Source of the DNA: Chiloscyllium plagiosum
Taxonomy: Eukaryota
Reading direction: 5' to 3'
Length of the DNA stretch: 64,000 nt
Assembly: GCF_004010195.1 (NCBI RefSeq)
Contig: NC_057726.1
Coordinates: 70,199,623-70,263,622, forward strand
Shown here: piece after piece, positions 39,707 to 51,451 of the stretch
Numbering within the stretch: the stretch's first letter is position 1
How the letters are laid out: each line of letters begins with the position of its first letter
The notes under the pieces: generated by a model
The model's database searches: none
What the model saw: only the letters and a program-made list of their open reading frames with translations
What the model was told of the DNA's origin: nothing
Translations under genes and position numbers: made by a program

Positions 39707-39942
39707 GATGCATTACTTTTAGCCATGAATATGCTGCTTCTGTTAATTCCTATTGGCCCAGAGTTGATACCCAGGCTTGATTTATTTTTTTTACTGAATG
39801 GAGTAGCTGAATCTACAAATTCTAGATGCATTACTTTTAGCCATGAATATGCTGCTTCTGTTAATTCCTATTGGCCCAGAGTTGATACCCAGGCTTGATT
39901 TATTTTTTTTACTGAATGGAGTAGCTGAATCTACAAATTCTA
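39707..39942. repeat. Exact 118-bp tandem duplication
   Basis: 39707-39824 is identical to 39825-39942. Confidence 0.95.
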
Positions 39943-40501
39943 ACGGAGTGCAATTTCCGGATGCTGACTATTCCCAGCGCTTCATGCTTGTCCAGTTTGG
40001 AACCACCCCATATTTCATGCAAGTATTTAAACGTAATATAGATCAAATAGACTGAATTTAAGGAACCTTTCTTTTCACATGGTGTAATGTCATCGACCTA
40101 CGATGTTAGATGTTTCTTACTTGATAGTTGCTCCAGCATTGCTGACGGTTTCAAACAGTTGATTGTTGACTCCCATTATTTTCAGATTTCAGATCCATAG
40201 TTCTTTGCTCGAGTCAATGTTTTCCTTGAAAGGATTGGATGGCGCAAGCAAAAGCGAATTTATGTGGAAATGATCATGCCAAAAATCCCTGGTTACAAGT
40301 TGTTTTCTTGCACTGACTTTAAATGCTAACCAGAATTGTCAGAGGAAATATGTCAGCAACTCGTATGCACAAAGCTCAAACGTCATCAAAGTTATTCTTC
40401 CTAACTCAAATCTAAAAAGACAAGTAATAGCTTCAACAATTTAGGATTTATTATTATTCAGTAATGCTGTGAACATGTTGAAATTACGGTTATCTTCACA
40501 G

Positions 40502-40593
40502 ATCGTGTCGGGTACAATGACACCCATTCGCTAACGCTTTTCCATTGTTTGGGAGTAGGATTGATATTATGCCTCATCGTGACATGCGAATCG
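40502..40593 (+). pseudogene. Candidate transmembrane exon of the V-C1 gene
   Basis: CTTCACAG| phase 1: RVGYNDTHSLTLFHCLGVGLILCLIVTCES |GTAAGA; the only open frame is hydrophobic. Confidence 0.5.
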
Positions 40594-42009
40594 GTAAGAA
40601 CGTTAAATGTTAAAACAGGAGATAATGCTCATTAAGTACGCTGTTCCACGTGGTATCATCAATTTAAGGCACCGAATCAGTTCATGATATCGTCAACTGG
40701 TAGACTCACTCAAATGGAAGCATAGAACATAGAATTGCACAGTATAGCAGCAGGTCCTTCGGCCCATCAATTTGGTGCCGATCATGATGCCATGAAAAGC
40801 GAATCCCATGTGCCTGCACATGATCCATGTTCCTCTGTTCTCTGGGTGAGAGAACGCAACTCGGCACTGCATAGGAAAAAGGAAGTTTGAATTGCTGCCT
40901 GAACCGAGAATTCCATATGCTGCCTGCCTCCACCCTCCTCTCTGTGACTTCTCAGTGCGGGATTGTAGCAAGGTTAACTGATGTTAATGTCATGTTCCAC
41001 ATTGAATACAACAAATTGTTTCACAGTTTAACCTGCGAGTTTTGTCCGGATTTTAACCAATCGATATCATGAGATTTGGTCTTGACGCCGATGTTTTTGT
41101 AGGAAGTGCCTGTCATATTAGTCGTAACATTTTCTTTCGTTGTTGCAACAGAAATTAAGGTGCATTTTGTCTGATTTACTTCTCATTTAGGAACACAGAG
41201 AAAACTGAAAGAGTCTAATCAGCGCAATGAGCAACTGTTTGGACTGGCATTTTCAAAACGTGATCTCTTTACCATTGTGTCAATTCTCTGCATGGTTGCA
41301 TGGCTAAAAGGGTATGTTACAATTAGATATCTTTAGACGGTATAATAATGTAATCCAAGGCAGAAGGCAGATTGTAAAGGAATGGTGCGTCAAAAGTTAA
41401 GAACATCAGCAACATTATTTTGAATATAGTTAATAGTTGGAGAGGAATACAATAATTAATTCAGATTAAAGGACTAAGGGACTTAACGAGACAGTAAGGC
41501 GAAACATGTACCAAGGTGATTGATATAGAATTTAATAAATCTGTTGGACAGAATGACATGTTTCAGTGCTGGGAATTTAAGCAAAATATACTGATAAACG
41601 AGGAAGTATAATTATGAGACGGCCGACAAGCATTGAGAAAAAAAGTTTATCTCGAAGGTGAAAGGATAAAGAGTAGCTATAGTCACGGAAGAGGCAAAAA
41701 ATACAGCAAACCGTTCAATTCCTCAAGAAGTACAGAACTAAATGATTAAATTGAAAATAAAAACGTAAATCTTCAATAACAGCGCTGATGATGAAGAAGT
41801 CAATTGCTCGAATTAGAAATAATGTGATAGAACTGGATCGTTATGCGAAAACTTGAAGATTAAGACAATCTGTAAAGAATGAATATTCACAAAATTAATA
41901 CCACATTTTAAGACTGAATGGAGTCAAACCTTGTAAGCTCGTCTACAATTACAAGTAAGAAAATAATAGTTCAACCTGCTCTATTTATAGAATAAAAACT
42001 ATATGGGAT

Positions 42010-42722
42010 TCATTTTGGAAGGTCGAATTTGAATGCAGAATACAGGATTAAAGACAGGATGCTTAGCCGTGTAGAGGAACAGTAGGATTCTTTGTCTCTA
42101 TATTCATAGATCCATCAAAGTTGCCACCCAAGTTGATAGGGTTGTTAAGAGAGCGCATGGTGTGTTGGCTTTCACTAGCAGGGGCATTGAGTTTAAGAGC
42201 CGCGAGGTTATACTACAGCTCTATGGAACCCTGGTTAGACCACACTTGGAATATTGTGTCCAGTTCTGGTCACAATAGGAAGGCTGTGGAAGCTTCAGAA
42301 TGAGTGCAGAGAAGGTTTACCAGGATGCTGTTTGGACTGGAGGGTATGTTTTATGAAGAAAGGTTGAGGGAGCTAAGGCTTTTCTCATTGGAGCGAAGAA
42401 GGGTGAGAGGCGACTTGATAGAGGTGATAGATGATGAGGCATAGATAGAATGAATAGTCAGGGATCTTTCTCGAAAGGCAGAACAATGGGGCATAATTTT
42501 AAGATGAATGGAGGAAGGTTTAGGGGAGATGTCAAAGGTTGGTTCTTTACACAGTAGTTGTCGTCAGATACAGTGAGGACATTTAAGTGACTCTTGGAAA
42601 GTCACATTGATGACAGTAAATGAAAGGTATGCAGTTAGCTTGATCCTTGAGAAGGATGAAAGGTCGACACAACATCAAGGGCCGAAGGGTCTGTACTGTG
42701 CTGTACTGTTCTATGTTCTATT
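42010..42722 (+). mobile_element. CR1 3' portion
   Basis: CTTGGAATATTGTGTCCAGTTCTGG (LEYCVQFW); (TTCTATG)n tail. Confidence 0.88.
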
Positions 42723-42947
42723 TTACATTATCAATAATTGACACAGACACTGCAAAATGCATTGGCTTATTTTTCACGCATAAACATAAAAAAATTTTGG
42801 CAAATCAATTGCGGAACAATGAATAGTTACATGAGCAGGAAATGTGATATTTCACAGCCATTTGTTCGCCTCAATTATTGCTAATGAACAACGCACAAGC
42901 TGCATTTCAGAGGGTCAGACTTCAACCCTAAATGTTGGTGTTTACAG

Positions 42948-43047
42948 ACGAAACACAGAATGACAGAGAATAACAAGATTTACACAGACTTGGATATCAC
43001 AGGCTCGGAGAGAACTGGGCGAATGCCCAAGAAAGAAGTCAATGCAG
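42948..43047 (+). pseudogene. Candidate cytoplasmic exon with YxxL motif
   Basis: TTTACAG| phase 0, in frame with the TM exon: TKHRMTENNKIYTDLDITGSERTGRMPKKEVNA G|GTTAAA. Confidence 0.45.
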
Positions 43048-43462
43048 GTTAAACTCAGGTGGGGCTGATATTTGTAACATCGAACTAAAGAAAATTAACA
43101 CGTAATTAAAGTTAATGCAATGCAAACTGACATTTCATGTTTAAATATATTAAAGTGCATTAAAACTTGGATCCCAAGAAATTAATCATGAGATGATGTG
43201 ATAGCATTTCAAATAGTCATTTTAAGAACGAACTCACAAATAGACTTTTTTAGACTGGAGGAATGCCTGGAGCAAGGCCCATTCAGGTCAATAATTTTAG
43301 ATAGCATGTTTATCAAGTGGAATAGACAGATGATGGAACATGGAGAAGGTATAGTTCACTTCAGAAAATGGTTTATTCAAGCGTTTTAGGAGGAAGAATA
43401 ATGGCCGATGAATACAGCTTTGCACAAAACTTACAGGTACGCTTGCACTGCAGGCAACTAAT

Positions 43463-45365
43463 TTCCCTGAAATATTGCTCCAATCGTTACTGTAAAGAAG
43501 AGAGTCAAATGTGCACAGTGCTCCAGAGTAGACCGCCAAGCTGTGTAAACACAGCAAGAATTCTTTAAACTTCAACAAAATCCACAATAGGAAGAAAGGT
43601 TATGAACTCAACAGTTTGATTTCGAAGACTGAATTCAACCCATATCACGTCCAGAACGTTAAGAGATTGTTACATGTACGTTAAGAGATCGGGAGAAACC
43701 GTTATTAAGAAAAATAAATCAGTTTCGGAAATCACTAACCGCAAATAAATTGTACTTATTGTTTAAAAAAGAAATCAAGGAATGTTTGCCTCATTGGATA
43801 AACAACCACTTATTAATCATCCTACTTCCTGGAGTTATTTCTTGCAACAGCCTTAATGTGTTGAATAAACTAGAATGGACATAAACTGGAATGGACATAC
43901 GCAGGCTTTAAAAAAAACTCTTTCTGGTGTGTGTTGTTCTCCTCTTGTGTTCTGAACCTGAGCTTTGCGCCATTTGTTCAATTTGGTCGGCGCACCGTCC
44001 GTAAGGCGCAGGAGAAATGACACTTCCTGCGGAAGACGTTATCCTAGATTTCGGCTTCATATTACGCCCAAAGTTGCGGTCTGCATTTCAGTTGTTTCTA
44101 ACGGAAATTCACTCTGCAGTGAAAAATGTATATTGAAAATTCACTTGTATGATATTTAGAAGGTTCTTTCCCCCAGCTAATAGTAGAAAACACAGAAATC
44201 GATACCCTTTATATAAAAGTGAGAGTAAAAGGAAGTTACGCTCTGATGCTTTTAGATTAGATTAGATTACATTAGATTACATTACAGTGTGGAAACAGGC
44301 CCTTAGGCCCAACAAGTCCACACCGACCCGCCGAAGCGAAACCCACCCATACCCCTACATTTACCCCTTACCTAACACTACGGGCAATTTAGCATGGCCA
44401 ATTCACCTGACCCTGCACATCTTTTGGACTGTGGGAGGAAACCAGAGCACCCGGAGGAAACCCACGCAGACACGGGGAGAACGTGCAAACTCCACGCAGT
44501 CAGTCGCCTGAGGCGGGAATTGAACCCGGGTCTCAGGCGCTGTGAGGCAGCAGTGCTAACCACTGTGCCACCGTGCCGCCCACTACTTGATGATGTAGAT
44601 AGGATAGAATATATTTTAGTACACGAGGAATCTTCGATCGGATCGCAATCATTTCAAATAAGCAGCAGGGTGAAACGATTAAATTCTTGATTTGGCCGTC
44701 TCTTGATCTGCAATACATTATTCACATATTTCGAGAAAGCAGATATAATGGTAATCTTCTAAAGAGACTATGGATTCCAGGGAAAAATTGCAGTGACTTG
44801 GAGAAGCGATAAGTCGGTTGGAGTAATTGGTTGTACATTCTTCATTATTCTTGACTGTGAAAAGATTTCATTGATTTGGTATCTTTAATAACGAAAGCAT
44901 TAACCCCTGTGATACTCTGACCACTTTGAATATAAACCAAAAATCAGATTTTTGAATGGTCGTTTAAAACAGATCCTCATAATGAAAAGTTTTGTTTTTC
45001 AGATCAAACCAGAGAAATCTGATAGTTGAAGTGCATAGACCAATCCACATAGCCCTGGCATTTATACAACTTAAAGAACGTATCGGATTGAATGCAAAAT
45101 GAATGTTGATAATAGCGTGCATTTTATGAACAATTTTAAGAAGACAGCAGGGCTGAATATCACCTTCTTTATTTGGACAGCAATATGCTTTTATGTTATG
45201 AAAGATCTGTGTACTGTAAGCAACTAGATATTCATTTCCTTCAGACCTTTCTCAGGAATTACACTGTAATGCTCTATTGAGGTGTATATAAGCAACAGAA
45301 ATGTAAATCAAACGCATGTAAAGCAATATGAATGGATTATGAAAATCCTTGATCTTATTTACTGA
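43463..45365 (+). repeat. Inverted segmental duplication, outer left arm (A)
   Basis: Reverse-complement match throughout to 51346-52929, apart from a SINE insertion. Confidence 0.92.
44253..44581 (-). mobile_element. Full-length young HE1/V-SINE-type SINE inside arm A
   Basis: Complete element; the corresponding site in arm A' (about 52150) is empty. Confidence 0.95.
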
Positions 45366-45478
45366 TGAAGGAGGTCGCTCCGAAAGCTAGAGTGCTTCCA
45401 ATTAAACCTGTTGGACTATAACCTGGTGTTGTGTGATTTTTAACTTTGTACACCCCAGTCCAACACCAGCATCTCTAA
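45362..45478 (+). ncRNA. Penelope pLTR fragment with minimal hammerhead ribozyme core
   Basis: CTGATGA-A-GGAG-GTCG-CTCC-GAAAGC-TAGAGT-GCTTC: conserved core boxes, a stem II hairpin and stem III AAGC/GCTT. Confidence 0.7.
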
Positions 45479-45920
45479 ATTGTGAAAAACAGGAGTGCTT
45501 TGGAGAGGAGCAATAAACACCCGATGGAATTTTGCTTGAGTCGTAATAATTCATAACAAGAACTTGTTTGTCAGGAAATTTAATGTGCTACTAATACATC
45601 AAGAAGGTTACAAAATTAATTTGTTCCTTATATGCAGCAACAGTACAACATCACAAGGAAACACTGGTGTGAGGAAAGCGAGCCAAAAAAAAAATCCTTG
45701 ATTAAAGGCCCTATAGATGTCACAATAAAGCCTAACATTGACTTAATGCAGTGAAATGCATTGAGATATCTGAAAAAAATAAGTTTTTTTTCCGAAGTGT
45801 CATCACATTGAAGGCTATGGGCCGAATTTTGATTCATTTTCAGATTGAAGGTATCATTCTCCATTGAAGTGCAACTAAGTCTGACCAGTCTTTTTTTTCC
45901 TGGAATTATTCATGAAGGAC
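45477..45920 (+). repeat. Inverted duplication, inner left arm (B)
   Basis: Reverse-complement match to 47231-47664. Confidence 0.92.
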
Positions 45921-46309
45921 AGAAAAGAAATATAAGGCTGTTCGAGATATTCTGTTGGAGAAGTTTAAAAACTCACTTCCAGAAATGATAAAAAGTCATG
46001 CTGAGGAATAGAAAGGTTGAAAGTTGTCAAGAGCTGCAGAGATGTCGGATGAACAGGCATTAGTGCATAAAACGAAATCGAGCTTCCAGCAGCAATTTTA
46101 AAGACATTAATAACCAACTTTTAATCCTACTTTATTATAGAAAATGAGTCAGAAAATAGCTTATCTAATTCACACGTCTGTTAAAAATGTGTAAACACAG
46201 AAAATAGGGAACAGCCAGTTTCCCTGGAGGAGATATTGGCAACCACAAACTACATTAAAATCATAAACCAATTGGAAAAAGGTTAATTAATTCAAAAAAT
46301 CAGTTGCAA

Positions 46310-46830
46310 ATTACAGAATTGTTATATTGTAATGGAGGCCATTTGATCCATGATCCTTGCATCAATTCTATTATGTAGTGCCAATGCCCTCCTATTCCCA
46401 ATATCCCTTTACACCGTTTCTATCCAAGTAACCATTCAATATTCTTTTGCAAGTTTTGTTTGAAACTGCTTCCACTACATCCATGGAGTGTGCATTCCAT
46501 ATGCTACCAACTTGTTATGTGAAAAATTGTTTTTCTCGCATCACTCTTTCTTCATTCGTGCATCACTTTCAATCTGTGCCCAGTCGCTTTTATTTATTTT
46601 GAGAGAAAACAGCTTCTTCCTATCTTCTCTGTCCAACATGCTCATCATTTTTAAGGCCTCTATCAGATTTCCTCTTCTTCTTTTCTCAGAGAAAAATCCC
46701 AACATCTTCAATCTTTATGAAACTTCTCATTTCTGGAACCATTCTTTAAATCTCTTCTGCACTCTCTCCAGTGCATCGAGATCTTTCCTCTTTCCCACAA
46801 CCATACACAACTGATCTGATAGAGCTGACT
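46310..46830 (-). mobile_element. Degenerate CR1 3' fragment
   Basis: GTGCATTCCA (WNA on minus); TCTTCTGCACTCTCTCCAGTGCATC (DALERVQK on minus). Confidence 0.7.
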
Positions 46831-47230
46831 CCTCTGGTTCAGTGAGTTCTTAATTCTTCTCATAGTCCGAATATTTGAGTCTTGCCTTGTCTCTTTGTCT
46901 TTCTGTTGGCAATGGATTGAGTGTGAGTGCAAACTTCTTCTGCTGGTAAAGTGTATGGAGTGTTGTTTTACCTGTACTCAGCAGTTGACCATCCACAGTT
47001 TCAAAGTTGAAAAAATGAGTCATTTCTTCTTTCCACGTGTATAAATGGTCAAAACCATAATCTAACATTGTCTTACTGCAGATTTTCCAACTAGGAGGAA
47101 ATGAAATAAAACAGGAGGAACGAAAATAAAACATTTTCTCAACATCATGAAGTATAAATTTTAATTTGATCATCTCTCAATCTTCTAAAATCAAGTGATT
47201 AAAAGTATGTTTGATTCTCATTACGAGGAA

Positions 47231-47664
47231 GTCCATGTAATCAGGAAAAAGAAAGTGGTGAGAATTAGTTGCACTTCCAGGGAGAAAGATACCTTCAGTA
47301 TGAAAATCAATCAACGCCAAGCCCATAGCCTTGAGTGTGTTCACACTTCAGAAAAAAAACTTCTTTTTTTCAGATGTCTCAATGCATTTCACTGCAATTA
47401 ACTCAATGTTAGGCTTTACTTTGACATCTGTAGGGCCTTTAAGCAAGGGTTTATTTTGGCTGGCTTTTCCCTCACCAGTGTTTCCTTGTGATGTTGTACT
47501 GTTGCTGCATATAAAGAACAAGTTAATTATGTAACCTTCTTGATGCTTTGTGGCTCATTAAATTTCCTGACAACAAATTCTTGTTGTGAATTATTACGAC
47601 TCAAGCAAAATTCCATCCAGTGTTTATTGCTCCTCTACAAAGCACTCCTGTTTTTCACAAATTT
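47231..47664 (-). repeat. Inverted duplication, inner right arm (B')
   Basis: Reverse complement of 45477-45920. Confidence 0.92.
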
Positions 47665-47744
47665 GTGTTAGTAAGAAATATGGAAAGCGACCTGCTGTGA
47701 ATTCACCACTGTGGAATTTGGATCTGATTTTCTAAGAATAGATA

Positions 47745-48060
47745 GAATTAGAATCCCTACAGTGTAGAAACAGGCCGTTCAGCCCAACGAGTCAACATCG
47801 ACCCTCCAAAGAGTAGTCCACTCCCCTCCTGCTCTACCTACCTAACCTACCCTTACCTGAATATTATGGGCAACTTTTGCATAGACAAATTCACCTGACC
47901 AGCACATTTTTGGGTTGCGGGAGGAAACCGGAGCAATCCCATGCAGACAGGGGGAGAATGTTCAAAGCCCACACAGACAGTCGCCTGAGGCAGGAATTGA
48001 ACCCGAATCTGTGGTGCTGCGACGCACCAGTCTATGCTAATCACCGAGCCACCGTGCCTC
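47745..48060 (-). mobile_element. HE1/V-SINE-type SINE
   Basis: GAGCCACCGTGCC head and GGAGGAAACCGGAGC core. Confidence 0.85.
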
Positions 48061-49554
48061 CTATGAACTAGGCAATGCGTCGGAAATCGGCCTAAAACTG
48101 GAAGCGAACCTGGTGCATAAATGATAATTAATTTCGAGCACACATCTTTAATCATTCAACGTGGCAGTGCGATGACATTAGACTTCGAGAAGGGTTCAAA
48201 TGCATGGACCCCAGTTCCAGGTATGTGTTTAACGAAAATTAAAATTGCATGGTACAAAATGCTATTCAAAACATGAAATTCCTTCACCATTTCATAATAT
48301 GTTAGTCGGTTGAGGTGGAATCATAAGCTCAATAGTTATGAGAATAGCAATGGATGGCGTGGTCAGAATCAGATCAAACGATAAATCAATCTGTATGATG
48401 CAGCGATAACCCAGAGCCGAAAGCATACTTCTTCTTAGTTATAGCTTGGAAGTTTTATGATTGACTGCAATTGACTTTTTTTTTCAATTCTGTTTCTTTA
48501 TTGTAGACAATCGCTTTTCCAACTAATGACATGTTACAGATATCGTTTTATCGTCAACGGGATACACTATATCCTGTATATTAAAAAGAGGGCAGACACG
48601 TATTTTGCGCCTTTCCTACTGTCAAAAGCAACATGAAGTCCTCAATTCTAAAGTGGCTGACCTTTTAAATTTCGAATTATTATCACGGACCAATGGCCGT
48701 TATAAGGCATCGAGAACTTTTGCAATTGACTCATTGAAAGGTGTTGTGCCATAATTAGCTCCTGTTACATCTCAAGCAATACAGTTTGTAAAACAGATGA
48801 AATGCCATTGTGGTTGACATAATTTGTTGACTCATTAGTGTATCAGAAACGAGCCAAAGTTTGGAAACTTTCACATATTTGGAAAATTATGAAGCTTGAT
48901 AAAGAAAATTATTCTGATTCTATGAAGGAAACTCGTAACATTAAATTTACAGCATTTTCGAGGTTAAGAAAGCAATATAGCCCAGATTGTGTTTGTTTAG
49001 AGGGAACCAAGATGCCATTTCTGTTATCAAGGTGGACAGTGGAAACATGTGACGGTTAATTTGTATTTTTTATTTTTTAAACGTGTCCTGGTGAAACTCA
49101 TGATAAGAGGCTGACTGTTCCACTGCAAAGACACATAGAGAACAGTTACATCTGCTTGAGAGTAAAGTGTCACCATTTAATTGGTTTCCTTAAAGATGTG
49201 AGTGGGGTGCAGTCACTAATGTGGCAGGTGTCAAGGCTTGACGGTTTCGCAGGGAAAATAAAAGACATTTTCTGTTGCAGATTTTCATCTTGCATTCATC
49301 TGAACAATTTGCAAGGGGAAAACCAACATTTATACTGGATGACAGGAGTGTTGATTGTTGACGGAGTTGTGTAGCTGTTGTCATGGAATTGCCATACCAA
49401 CCACAAATATTGAATGACAGTTGAATAGTTAAGCTTCAATAACTGCGAAGTCGGGCAGATTGACACAAATCGAAAAATCACACAACACCAGGTTACAGTC
49501 CAAAAGTTCTATTTGAAATCTCTGAGAAATCGGCCAACAAAATCTGTCATCATT

Positions 49555-50998
49555 GTCTACATGAATAGTGCCTGAGGACTAGAGGATAGCAAATGTGGTT
49601 CCCTTGTTCAAAAAGGATAGTAGAGACAACCCTGGTAAATACAGACCAGTGAGTCTCACTTCAGTTGTTGGTAAAGTGTTAGAAAAGGTTATAAGAGATA
49701 GGATTTATAACCATCGAGAAAAGAATAATGTCATCAGGGACAGTCAGCACGGTTTTGTGAAGGGTAGGTCGTGCCTAACGAATCTTATTGACTTTTTTGA
49801 CAAAGTGACCAAACAGGTTGATGAGAATATACTGGTTGATGTGGTGTATATGGATTTCAGCAAGGCTTTCGACAAGGATTCCCACATTAGGCTATTATAC
49901 AAAATGCGGAGGGATGGGATTGTGGAGACATAGCAGTTTGGATTAGTAATTGGCTTGCTGAAAGAAAACAGAGGGTTGTAGTTGATGGAACATGCTCATC
50001 TTGGTGTCCAGTTACTAGCAGCGTACCGCAAGGGTTGGTGTTGGGTCCACTGCTGTTTGTCATTTTGATAAGCATGGATGAGGGCTTAGAAGGGTGGGTT
50101 AGTAAATTTGCGGACGACAGTAAGGTCGGTGGAGTTGTGGATAGTGACGAAGGATGGAGGAGGTTGCAGAGAGACATAGATAGGATGCAGAGCTGGGCTG
50201 AGAGGTGGCAAATGGAGTTTAATGTGGTCAAGTGATACACTTTGGATGGAGTAATCGGAATGCAAAGTACTGGGCTAATGGTAAGATTCTTGGGAGTGCA
50301 GATGAGCAGAGAGATCTCGGTGTCCATGTACACAGATTCCTGACATTTTCCACCCAGATTGACAGGGTTGTTAAGAAGACATACAATGTTTTGGCCTTTA
50401 TTAATAGAGGGATTGAGTTCCGGAACCAGGAGGTTATGCTGCAGCTGTACAAAGCTCTGGTACAGTCACACTTGGAGTATTGTGTACAGTTCTGGTCACC
50501 GCATTATACAAAGGATGTGGAAGCTTCGGAAAATGTGCAGAGGAGATTTACTAGGATGCTGCCTGGTATGGAAGGAATGTCTTACCTGGAAAGGCTGCGG
50601 GCCTTGAGGCTGTTCTCGTTAGAAAGAAGAAGGTTGAGAGGTGACTTAATAGAGACATACAAGATAATCAGAGGGTTAGATAGGGTGGACAGGGAGAGCC
50701 CTTTTCCAAGTATGGGGACAGCAAACACGAGGGGACACAACTTTAAAGTGAGGGGAGATAGGTATGAGACAGATGTCAGAGATAGTTTCCTTACTCAGAG
50801 AGTAGGAAGGGTATGGAATGCTTTGCCTGCAACGGTAGTAGATTCGCCAAGTTTAAGTGCATTAAAGACGTCATTGTACAGGCATACGGACGTACATGGA
50901 ATAGTGTAGGTGGGATGGGTTTCAGATTAGTATGACACGGCGGCGCAACATCGAGGGCCGAAGGGCCTGAACTGCGCTGTAATGTTCTGTGTTCTATG
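49555..50998 (+). mobile_element. Relatively young 5'-truncated CR1-type LINE (RT domain to 3' end, few disruptions)
   Basis: VPLFKK..YRPVSLTSVVGK..QHGFVKGRSCLTNL..MDFSKAFDK; SKFADD; LEYCVQFWSPHY; WNALP; TTCTATG tail. Confidence 0.95.
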
Positions 50999-51345
50999 TA
51001 CTTTGTTGATTTATGCTTTGTATTTGCACATATTCTTTATTATCTGCAATGAGCAGGGCGCTCAGTATCAATGGATATGTGAAGCTTTAAGTCCACGGAA
51101 ATGCACCAGCGAGTCTTTGCCTGCAGATGCCCCTGTCTAAGGTTTAGTATCGTATTAAAACATACCTTTGATGGATAAAGTTGACTTAGTTAAATCAAAC
51201 CTGAAAAGTCATAATCAAAATGTTAAAATTTGTAGTACAATTTATAGCCCATGAATCGATAAACATGTAATGCTGCTGAAAATAAATTTGAATGAAGTGT
51301 CAGAATAATTATGAACTATCCTGTAATGAGTTGATTGTATGTCAT

Positions 51346-51419
51346 TCAGTAAACAAGATCAAGGATCTTCATAATCCACTCGTATTGCTTTACATGCGTT
51401 TGATTTACATTTCTGTTGC

Positions 51420-51451
<32 letters not shown>

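Noticed and set aside
49595-50909. Active LINE or domesticated RT gene
   Set aside because: 5'-truncated, with a stop and frameshifts.
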